A stretch of 63,102 nt of DNA, counting the filler, from a bacterium (GTDB lineage Bacteria; UBP15; UBA6099; JAJRTR01): the NCBI GenBank assembly GCA_024278215.1. It is 4 parts of 4 records of this genome, joined end to end, with 100 filler letters (N's around TTAATTAATTAA, not from the genome) between each part and the next. Parts side by side here need not be neighbours in the genome. Positions count along the whole stretch, not along the records: positions 31,040 to 54,866 come from JAJRTR010000074.1; 3 more parts are not named here. One strand, written 5' to 3'. This document shows positions 40,875 to 49,609 of this stretch, piece after piece (the stretch's first letter is position 1; each line of letters begins with the position of its first letter). A program made the translations under genes and the position numbers. The notes beneath the pieces are model-generated. The model ran no database searches and was not told the origin of the DNA. It worked only from the letters and a program-made list of their open reading frames with translations.

Positions 40875-42121
40875 GCGGACACCCCGCTTTTGTCCCGGAT
40901 CAGCCTCAGGTAGAGTTCTTCGAGTTCATCCGCGATTTTATTGTAGTCGCGAAACTTTTCGAGATATTCGCGGCCCTTCCCGCCCAGTTCCCGCGTCATT
41001 TCCCGGTTTGAAAAATACTCGATCATAGATTCGACATATCCATCTACAGTGTGTGCTACAATCCGGCCTGCGCCCGATCCTTCGATCAGATGTTCCTGTT
41101 CCGGTATTGCGGAGCCGAGTACCGGGCGGGCCATCATGAACGACTCGACGAGTTTTGTGGGGCTGCACGACATGAACGCAGGTATGAGCGGATATGGCGA
41201 GATTGTAAAATCCGACGCCCGGATAAGCGGAAACACATCGCCCCTGTAAACCTGTCCGGTAAAAACAACATTGTGTCGTATCCCGAGCCTGCTGCAAAGT
41301 TGTTTTAATTGTTCCATGTCGGCGGGCGCATCTCCACCGCCAATCATGAGCAGCATTGCATCGGGAATCTTTTTCAGGCAAACAGCGAAGGCTTCGATCA
41401 GAACATCCAGGCGGCGCGCCGACTTCATTGTTCCGAAATACGCCGCGACAGGCCTGTCGCCGAGCCCATATCTGCCGCGTACCGGCCCGGGGTCGATGTT
41501 TTCCGGCTTTATCGAACAGTCGAACCCCATCGGCAACACCGACATGCGAGACGGGTCGCAGCCCATTTCCTCGAGTTCGGTTTTCATCACTTCGCTTACA
41601 GGGAAAATCCAGTCCGCTTTCGGCCTTAGACGTTTGACAATCGAATTCTGTATCTCAGTCCTGATAATGCGTGGAACTCTTTTCGCGGAAGTGTCCAGAC
41701 GGGCCGTCCTGCGTGATGAAAACCACAGCGCGAACGAAGCTTGAAATAGGAAAGGAATGCGGCACCTGTGCGCCGTCCTGCGGCCTGTCCACAGCGCCGC
41801 GATATCCGTATCCCAGTCGTTGCGCACCTGGACTACATCATAGCGGCGGCTCTCGATCTGCTCGCGCAAAGCGGCAACCGCCTGAAGATGTGTGTGCCAG
41901 GCATCCGGTCGCCGCGGGTAAAGAAACGCCCTTGTACCTTTGATATCCACCTCTTTGATCCCCGCCTCCGGTTCATCATGGGGCAGCATCCACGTGACAT
42001 GCCAGCCTCTCGCGGGCAATATTCTGATATACATATCTTCGAGCAGTGAATGCCCTACAGGGTGCCTCCTCGAAAACATCAGTATGTTTTTTCTCTGTTC
42101 TTTCAAAAGCAATGCAACCAT
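40871..42121 (-). CDS. GT4 glycosyltransferase
   Basis: YFGTM...RRLD, SPTKLVESFMMARPV; start uncertain. Confidence 0.85.
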   Translation of the reverse strand: MVALLLKEQRKNILMFSRRHPVGHSLLEDMYIRILPARGWHVTWMLPHDEPEAGIKEVDIKGTRAFLYPRRPDAWHTHLQAVAALREQIESRRYDVVQVRNDWDTDIAALWTGRRTAHRCRIPFLFQASFALWFSSRRTARLDTSAKRVPRIIRTEIQNSIVKRLRPKADWIFPVSEVMKTELEEMGCDPSRMSVLPMGFDCSIKPENIDPGPVRGRYGLGDRPVAAYFGTMKSARRLDVLIEAFAVCLKKIPDAMLLMIGGGDAPADMEQLKQLCSRLGIRHNVVFTGQVYRGDVFPLIRASDFTISPYPLIPAFMSCSPTKLVESFMMARPVLGSAIPEQEHLIEGSGAGRIVAHTVDGYVESMIEYFSNREMTRELGGKGREYLEKFRDYNKIADELEELYLRLIRDKSGVSA

Positions 42122-42370
42122 TCACATAATTGGGAAATGGATTCCGATAATATTTACCGAAAAACAATCGGCGCAAACTCTTTCAGGAGAACATAATACA
42201 ATAGCTCAATTCAGATCACAAATTTATTCAACGATTTGAATAAGTCAATATACTGCACTACAGTATGAGTCTGAATAATGCGCATGACATTTCCACATTT
42301 TTGTAGTGTGAGATTCAAGTGACTGTCCCGGGTATTGCAATGTGCGCGGAAAGGGTCGTCAAAGCAGTTA

Positions 42371-43588
42371 ATGAGTGAAGCGAATACCGACTACAGTGTT
42401 CTGACACTGATAGCCCGCCTGAATGTCGGCGGACCTGCCAAACACGTTATATGGATCACAAAAATGCTGCGCGATCGCGGACGTTCTGCGATGCTGGTGA
42501 GCGGGCGTGTGGAAGCAAACGAAGCGGATATGAACTACTTTGCTGAAGAAATGGGCGTAACCCCAGTCTATATAGAGGATATGGGAAGAAGCCTTACTTA
42601 TAAAGATTTTTTCAACATAATTAAGTTCTACCGGATTCTGCGCCGTGAGAAGCCCGACATACTGCATACGCATACGGCAAAAGCAGGCACGGTGGGCAGA
42701 GTGGCCGCATTGCTGTACAGGCTGACAACAGGCAGGAGCGTCAGATGTGTGCACACCTTCCACGGACACACATTCAGGAACTACTGGAGCCCGCCTGTTA
42801 CAAAGATATTTCTCTCGATCGAACGTTTCCTGGCAAGATATGCAACAGATATTATTGTGGCGATAAGCGATGGTTTGTTGAAAGAAATAAACCGGGAATT
42901 CGGCATTGGAAGGCGGGAACAATTCAGAGCAGTCCCGCTCGGGATATACTTCCACGAACTGGAACCATGCCCGGATTCCACGTCGGACGATGAAACGGTC
43001 GGCCCGAAGGATAAGTTGACAGTTGGCTACATAGGCCGTCTGGCCGACATAAAAAATGTAGGACTGTTCGTCGATGCGGTAAGTATTCTGAATGAAGAAG
43101 GCCGCGCGCACGGCGCGAAATTCGCAATAGTGGGAGACGGCAGCCTGCGCCATGACCTGGAGAAAAAAGTCAAGCGGCTCGGCATAAGTGAAATTGTCAC
43201 TTTCACAGGAATGGTCGATAAGATAGCCGACATCTACAACAATCTTGACGTTGTAATCATATCCTCGAATAATGAAGGCACGCCCACAACACTGATCGAG
43301 GGGATGGCGCTCGGGATACCTTTTGTGGCAACGTCGGTGGGCGGTGTGCCGGATATCGCGGGGCCGATGCGCGAGGAATGCTGCAGTTTTTCAATACACG
43401 ATCACGGTATCATGACAGCGCCGTGCGACTCCCGCGCATTCGCCGACGCCATAGAAAAACTGACCGGCGACGCGCAGCTTCGCGAATCGCTCGGCGCGGC
43501 GGGAAAAAAATTCGCAACAGAAAAGTTCTCACTCGAACGCATGGTTGACGATCTCGAAAATATCTATACTTCGCTGTTAAACAGATAG
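42371..43588 (+). CDS. GT4 glycosyltransferase
   Basis: IARLNVGGPA, HTHTAKAG, NEGTPTTLIEGMA. Confidence 0.92.
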   Translation: MSEANTDYSVLTLIARLNVGGPAKHVIWITKMLRDRGRSAMLVSGRVEANEADMNYFAEEMGVTPVYIEDMGRSLTYKDFFNIIKFYRILRREKPDILHTHTAKAGTVGRVAALLYRLTTGRSVRCVHTFHGHTFRNYWSPPVTKIFLSIERFLARYATDIIVAISDGLLKEINREFGIGRREQFRAVPLGIYFHELEPCPDSTSDDETVGPKDKLTVGYIGRLADIKNVGLFVDAVSILNEEGRAHGAKFAIVGDGSLRHDLEKKVKRLGISEIVTFTGMVDKIADIYNNLDVVIISSNNEGTPTTLIEGMALGIPFVATSVGGVPDIAGPMREECCSFSIHDHGIMTAPCDSRAFADAIEKLTGDAQLRESLGAAGKKFATEKFSLERMVDDLENIYTSLLNR

Positions 43589-43635
43589 AATCAAATGAAT
43601 GCCGAGGATGGCTATGCGAAATTCGGGTCGGGAGA

Positions 43636-44718
43636 TCAGTCTGCAACGCGCTTGCCGGTTACGTTTTCGTAGATTTCAATATAGTCCGCAGCGACGTCAT
43701 TCCAGCTTCGGACATCTGCGACATCAATCTCGGGCGGATTATCGAGAACAGCCAGTAATATTCTTGCCATGTCTGCGACATCTCCGTAATTCACGAGTGC
43801 GCCGCGCCCGTCTGTTATCGCATCCTCATTGCCGCTGTCATACGTTCCCACCGTGAAAGTGCCGCATGCGTTGGCTTCGAGATGTATCAGTCCGAAACCC
43901 TCGAAATAATATCTCTCGGACTTCGACGGAAGCACATTCAGTTTCGCACGCCGGTACAATCCGACAAGTTCATCTACTGAAACTTTCCCTGTAAATTCCG
44001 CATTTATTCCCTGTTTACTGATATAATCCGCCACTGCGCGATATTCATGATTGCCTTTATAGTCCCTATTGATATTGCCCACGATCAGGAGTTTTGCCTC
44101 GGGTTTTTTCCTGTTAACTTCGGCAAATGCTTCGAGAATGAACCGTATCCCTTTTCTTCTTTTCAGGTTTCCCACAAAGAGAACAGTATCTGTTTTTTCG
44201 ACATTCGGGTCCGGACAAAACTTTTTCTTGTCAACTCCGGGATTGACAACGTCGACATCGGCTTCCACCCTTTCTTCCGCCATTCTTTTCTTCGTATATT
44301 CACTGATCGAAACAACCCTGTCGGCTCCGGCGAAAGCTTCCCTGAATACCGGGTTTCTCGCTGGAAGAGTAATTGCATAGGTACCATTGGCGGTGATAAC
44401 GTGCGGTATGTGCAGTTTTTGTGACAGCGCGTGCCCCATGTCTGCCGAATTTTCAGTCATGGAATGTATCAGGTCGAACCTGCCGTCCGCGTTGCAGATG
44501 CTGATAACTTCACGAGTACGTTTCACATTTTTCATGATTCTATTAAGCAATATGTCCAAACGAGAAATGCCGAAACCTGTTCTCACAGGACTGACAATTC
44601 CTGCCGTTGCATACTCGACCCCGGCCTCGCCGATATGACGGATCATATTCGACGCCTGGCAGCCCCACCCGTTATTCATATCCAGCGTAGATGTCAGAGC
44701 AATCACTTTCATACACAA
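43636..44718 (-). CDS. GT4 glycosyltransferase
   Basis: FVGNLKRRKG, EGFGLIHLEANACG. Confidence 0.9.
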   Translation of the reverse strand: MCMKVIALTSTLDMNNGWGCQASNMIRHIGEAGVEYATAGIVSPVRTGFGISRLDILLNRIMKNVKRTREVISICNADGRFDLIHSMTENSADMGHALSQKLHIPHVITANGTYAITLPARNPVFREAFAGADRVVSISEYTKKRMAEERVEADVDVVNPGVDKKKFCPDPNVEKTDTVLFVGNLKRRKGIRFILEAFAEVNRKKPEAKLLIVGNINRDYKGNHEYRAVADYISKQGINAEFTGKVSVDELVGLYRRAKLNVLPSKSERYYFEGFGLIHLEANACGTFTVGTYDSGNEDAITDGRGALVNYGDVADMARILLAVLDNPPEIDVADVRSWNDVAADYIEIYENVTGKRVAD

Positions 44719-44720
44719 TT

Positions 44721-45458
44721 TCAGCTCCTGCTTTTTTCCAAGTCGATCTCAACGATAATCCCCATCGAAAACATTGAACCCCATACCCGGTTCAGCAGCG
44801 GTATCCCCTCATAGCAATGCAGCGTGCTGAATTCTAAATAACCAAGGTCTCGCAGCCACCTGCGCATATCGGCGAGCGTCCAGTACCGAAGATGCTCACC
44901 GGGATGAACCCGCCACTGCATAGGGAAACGACCTGATAAAAGTCTTATCCTGTAAGGGAAATATCCACTGTTCGGGACACTGAAAATGATAGACCTGCGA
45001 GCTTTTGTTTCGATTATTCGCAAAAACTTCTCGGGATTTTTCATGTGCTCGATAACCTCGAGCAGAAGGATGTGATCCGCTTCAGGAAGCGATTCCACAG
45101 ATTCAAAGTCCTCGAAATCCAGCTTCTGCGCATCGAATCCCTGATCCTTCAAACATCCGATAACAACATCAGAGTTCTCGACTGCAATTGCCCTGATGTT
45201 TTTTCTTTCCCTGATATGTCTTAATATGCTGCCGTCGCCGCAGCCGATGTCCAGCACCGCCGCGCCGTTCTCGATTCGCCCGATAATCCAATCCGCTCGA
45301 TATTCCCCGAATCTGTTCAGCGCCGACGCGCCTTCTTTACGCCTGCTTCTCCAGTAAGTGTCATAATCCACCTCTTCTAAAGACATGGTCGGGTTATGAA
45401 AAATCAGCCTCACCATCTCGCGCCATCGCTGACGCATTGTTCTTAAAAACTTAATCAA
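44721..45458 (-). CDS. Class I SAM-dependent methyltransferase (MetW-like)
   Basis: VLDIGCGDG, EVIEH, FSVPN, RLLSGRFP; start TTG 45458 or ATG 45437. Confidence 0.82.
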   Translation of the reverse strand: MIKFLRTMRQRWREMVRLIFHNPTMSLEEVDYDTYWRSRRKEGASALNRFGEYRADWIIGRIENGAAVLDIGCGDGSILRHIRERKNIRAIAVENSDVVIGCLKDQGFDAQKLDFEDFESVESLPEADHILLLEVIEHMKNPEKFLRIIETKARRSIIFSVPNSGYFPYRIRLLSGRFPMQWRVHPGEHLRYWTLADMRRWLRDLGYLEFSTLHCYEGIPLLNRVWGSMFSMGIIVEIDLEKSRS

Positions 45459-45730
45459 ATATATCGATATCTCCTTGAAAACCAATCGATTTCGAGGGGC
45501 CTGAAAAATCCACCATTCAAGAACGATATGTCGACGAACAGCACCTTCATAATTCCTCACGAATGCAATTAACGAACAGTCTACCACACAGTCACAGCGA
45601 TATACAATAAATCCGGATAGCTCCGACACACGAAACACACAGTACCGTGATCGAGAATCCCGCTGATTCATTCAGGGAGACTTACCTTAACTCTTGACTT
45701 ATTCCACCTTGCTTGATAAGTTTACAAACT

Positions 45731-46693
45731 ATGCCGAAAACAGTATTCATAACAGGCGTCGCAGGCTTTATAGGAAGCCGGGTGGCGGAAAAACTGCTCG
45801 CGCGCGGCGATAAGGTAATCGGTATCGACAACATGAACGACTACTACCCGGTCAGCCTTAAAAAGGCGCGTCTCGAACGGATACAACACCCGAACCTTAG
45901 ATTCGAACTCTGCGACATTGCGGATTATGAAAAACTGCGCGACACTATCAGGCGCGAGCCGCCCACTCATGTCTGCCACCTCGCGGCGCAGGCGGGCGTC
46001 CGTTACTCTCTCGAAAACCCCTTCATATACCAAAAAACAAACGTCGAGGGCTTTCTGAACCTGCTGGAGATTATGCGGGAATTCGAACCCGAGAATTTCG
46101 TCTACGCTTCCAGCTCCAGCGTGTACGGAAAGAACAAGAAAACCCCATTTTCCGTCGAAGACAATGTGGATATGCCGATATCATTGTATGCGGCCACGAA
46201 AAAAACATCCGAACTCTTCGCACACGTCTATCACCATCTATACGGCATGAAAACAACCGGACTGCGATTCTTCACAGTCTACGGTCCGTGGGGCAGGCCC
46301 GACATGGCATGTTATAAATTCGCGCTGTTGATAATGCAGGGCAAACCCATTCCTCTTTTCAACAATGGCGACATGTACAGGGACTTCACTTATATAGACG
46401 ACATCGTAAGCGGCGTACTCGCATCAATCGACACTCCTTTCGACTACGAGATATTTAACCTTGGCAACTCGAAAACCGAGAAGCTCATGTCGTTTGTCGA
46501 GCTTATAGAGAAATATCTCGGACGCGAGGCCCGGAAAGATATGCTCCCCATGCAGCCGGGAGACGTGCATAAAACAAGCGCGAATATTGATAAATCAAGA
46601 AAGCTGCTCGGCTTTCAACCGCAGACAGGAATCAAAGAAGGACTCAAGCACTTCTTCGATTGGTTCAGGGACTATCACTCGGATATGTTCTGA
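45731..46693 (+). CDS. UDP-glucuronate 4-epimerase-like NAD-dependent epimerase
   Basis: TGVAGFIG, HLAAQAGVRYS, YAATKK, FFTVYGPWGRPDMA. Confidence 0.93.
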   Translation: MPKTVFITGVAGFIGSRVAEKLLARGDKVIGIDNMNDYYPVSLKKARLERIQHPNLRFELCDIADYEKLRDTIRREPPTHVCHLAAQAGVRYSLENPFIYQKTNVEGFLNLLEIMREFEPENFVYASSSSVYGKNKKTPFSVEDNVDMPISLYAATKKTSELFAHVYHHLYGMKTTGLRFFTVYGPWGRPDMACYKFALLIMQGKPIPLFNNGDMYRDFTYIDDIVSGVLASIDTPFDYEIFNLGNSKTEKLMSFVELIEKYLGREARKDMLPMQPGDVHKTSANIDKSRKLLGFQPQTGIKEGLKHFFDWFRDYHSDMF

Positions 46694-46818
46694 ACCGCCG
46701 CCGAATAGATAATAATCAGCGCATCCGGGTTTTGAACAGGTTCCCCCAATATATTCTAAAACCGATTGTCACTACTTTCATGTTACACCGTTATCGTTTT
46801 TACGCTAACCCATCCTAC

Positions 46819-46995
46819 GAGCCAATTGCAAAATTCTGATTCTGCTGCGGTCGGCTGCTATTGTCCATAGCTGCGTTGTCTGCGCGAAATCGTCCTCGAC
46901 GGACTTTACAAGTACGCCTGCGAGGATTTTACACCTCTGCCTTGCTCTGAACAATTTCGCTCGACCTCGCTACGAACATAATTTTACAATTGCTC
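46819..46995 (-). mobile_element. MITE family M, copy 5
   Basis: Reverse-orientation copy, closest to copy 1. Confidence 0.85.
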
Positions 46996-47014
46996 GATGT
47001 TATAATAAACGTTT

Positions 47015-47135
47015 TCAGTCCGCGCGCCGCAACCACCGCTCGACCGCCACATTCCCGGCTTCGTCTTCCGCCTCGACAACTATCGCGTTCGGCCCCTCCT
47101 CGAGCGCAACGCCGGACATTATCCATGCGCCGCTT
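47015..47135 (-). pseudogene. Fragment of an Ig-like domain gene
   Basis: Minus frame reads SGAWIMSGVALEEGPNAIVVEAEDEAGNVA...*. Confidence 0.5.
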
Positions 47136-47143
47136 CTGGCAGC

Positions 47144-47308
47144 CACTGGTCGCTGAGAAGCCTGCTGGTGAAGCTGGTCAAAATCGGCGCAAAGGTTGTC
47201 AGTACAGAGAGATACACCTATTTTCGAATGGCGGAAGTCGCCGTGCCACGAGGTCTTTTAAAGCGCATCCTGTTGCGAATCAACTGATTGCGATGCTGTC
47301 CGGTATAA
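47144..47308 (+). pseudogene. IS1380-family transposase C-terminal relic
   Basis: HWSLRSLLVKLVKIGAKVVSTERYTYFRMAEVAVPRGLLKRIL..* matches the IS1380 C-terminal pattern. Confidence 0.7.
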
Positions 47309-47633
47309 ACCAGCGCAACAAGGAAAACTTCGGTGTACAAGTGCACCCTGCGGACATTTTTTCTGACACGAGCCTTCAATGGATACATAATTTGGAGTAA
47401 AATATGCGACAGAGACAGACTTTCACACAATCCGGCTCGCAGCGCCACACATTTTTCTGCGGCTCAGCCACGGTGGAAGCTATAAAGAAATTCGATATGT
47501 GTGTGTCGGATAAAATACAAAGCAGGCAGGCCCACCCTATTGCCGTGTCTTGTATTATAAGTCTTTTTGCGGTCCAGGTCCGGATTCGCGGGATTTCCAG
47601 GGTAGTAACAACTTTACTGAGAGGGGATAATTA

Positions 47634-49127
47634 ATGTTTTCATTATCAAGATTTTCAAAGCTATATATTTTTCCTGTTTCTATACTTATTTTCTCGGTGA
47701 TTGTAATAACTGGATGCGTAAAACAGAAATCCACTAAAATGAACAGGCCGAATATACTCCTGATAACCATCGATGCCCAGCGTGCGGACCAGATCGGTTG
47801 TTATGGTGAAAAAGTCACCAGGACTCCTGCAATCGATAGATTATGCGAATCGGGAATCGTTTTCGAGCAGGCATTCCCTTCAATACCATGGACAACTCCA
47901 TCCATGTTTTCACTTTTTACGTCAAGGTTTCCGAAATCTTATACATATAAAACGAATGTAAATAAATTGATGAGGCGAAAAGGCTTTGAAACTATTGCAA
48001 AGATTATGAAAAAGAATAAATACCTGACGATTGGAATTTCAGGTAGTCCAATAATGAGAAAAGGAACGGGTTACGCGCTTGGATTTGATACTTTTCTGGA
48101 TCCCGGAGATGAGCAGATGCTGCCTTCGGGATACACTGCCGCTTCCGCGCTGGTTGAATTGGAGAATCTCGCTGATAATGAGAGCATAATCTCCGGGGAA
48201 AAGAATTTTTTCTTCTGGATTCATTTTATGGATCCTCATGGTCCATACACACCTCCGGATCATTTTAAAATATATGAAAACTCGAGTAACAAGATTACTA
48301 AGCTTGCAGACAGGTGGGTTTTGGATCATGCCGATTGGAGAAAAATTGCAGTAGAAGCTCGTGATGGAGACGAGACGCTCAGCGATGCTCAACCAAGAAA
48401 TTATATGTCTGAAGTGACGTATACTGATTTTTGTGTTGATCTGGTCGTTACACGGTTGAAAGAGTTGTCCCTGTCAGAGAATACGATAATCATTCTCACT
48501 GCTGATCACGGGAACAGTTTTGGGAGACATGATAATCCTTTTGGATATGCCTACACGCTCTATCAGGATGTGACACGAGTTCCTCTTATTATAGTACCCC
48601 CGGATCATGGCAATGCCGGAGTAAGAATAAAGCATGCAGTTTCCACGCTTTCCATAAAGCCTACCATCATTGAACTTGCCGGTATAAACCCCGACCAATA
48701 CGTATGCGAGGGGGAATCTCTGGTCCCCTATCTCAAAGGCATCGTTCCTCATAATCCACCGCTTGTATATTCTCAGACTTTGATTCTTTATGATGAAAAA
48801 CAGAGAGACAACAAGCTTCGGCGCTTCAAACCCGGCACGAAACAAAGACACATGATTGTAGGCGAATCAGGGAAATGGGTCATGGTTACAGATGGAAGAT
48901 TGAAGTTCATTTACATTCCCACTCCTGACGGACCGGAGTTTGAATTGTATGATCTTAACAAGGACCCTGATGAGATGACAAATATTGTTAATGAAAACCC
49001 TGAAAAGGCAAAATATTTTCAGAAAAAAACAATGAAGTTTCTCAAAGAAAAAAAGCCGATAAAATCTACGATGGAAATAGATGCTGAGTCCGAGAAAAGA
49101 CTCAAGTCTCTTGGTTATATTGAATAG
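47634..49127 (+). CDS. Sulfatase-like (alkaline phosphatase superfamily) lipoprotein
   Basis: VITGC lipobox, PNILLITIDAQRAD, HFMDPHGPY, TADHG, ELYDL..DP.E, RLKSLGY. Confidence 0.88.
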   Translation: MFSLSRFSKLYIFPVSILIFSVIVITGCVKQKSTKMNRPNILLITIDAQRADQIGCYGEKVTRTPAIDRLCESGIVFEQAFPSIPWTTPSMFSLFTSRFPKSYTYKTNVNKLMRRKGFETIAKIMKKNKYLTIGISGSPIMRKGTGYALGFDTFLDPGDEQMLPSGYTAASALVELENLADNESIISGEKNFFFWIHFMDPHGPYTPPDHFKIYENSSNKITKLADRWVLDHADWRKIAVEARDGDETLSDAQPRNYMSEVTYTDFCVDLVVTRLKELSLSENTIIILTADHGNSFGRHDNPFGYAYTLYQDVTRVPLIIVPPDHGNAGVRIKHAVSTLSIKPTIIELAGINPDQYVCEGESLVPYLKGIVPHNPPLVYSQTLILYDEKQRDNKLRRFKPGTKQRHMIVGESGKWVMVTDGRLKFIYIPTPDGPEFELYDLNKDPDEMTNIVNENPEKAKYFQKKTMKFLKEKKPIKSTMEIDAESEKRLKSLGYIE

Positions 49128-49609
49128 TCCGTCACTGTCTAGCGAAATGAAGCTTACCCGGGGACATAGTTTACCCACGGCGTCAGCAGGGCGGAATTAC
49201 AGAATCGCGTCGACTTCTCTACAGAGCTTTTCGACCACCGCTTGACAATTGTCAAATCGTGTCTTTGCACACCTTTATCATTGCGTATCCTATCGTTCGT
49301 TATCGTACCCCGAATCCTGTGCTATTATTCTCGAAAGTTCATCGTGAAAATATTTTTTTTGCAACTTTTTACACATGAATCAAGTTTCGGGCACTCCAGC
49401 GCCCATCTTTAACGCGATGGATACACGATGGGGTAGTTTTTCATCTGTAATGGCCGTAATCCGACCGCGTAATCGTTCTGAAACAACGATGCCCATTCGC
49501 AGAGGTGCGGCGCGATTGTGGTTATCGTAAAAAACGCTCAGGCGGGATGCGTGGCGACCGTCCCGCATAAATGCCGAAATATTCCGCGCGGATTCTGAAG
49601 ACCGGCGCG

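Noticed and set aside
49130..49600. Long intergenic region with hairpins between convergent genes
   Set aside because: No RNA family, repeat match or coding relic that I can support
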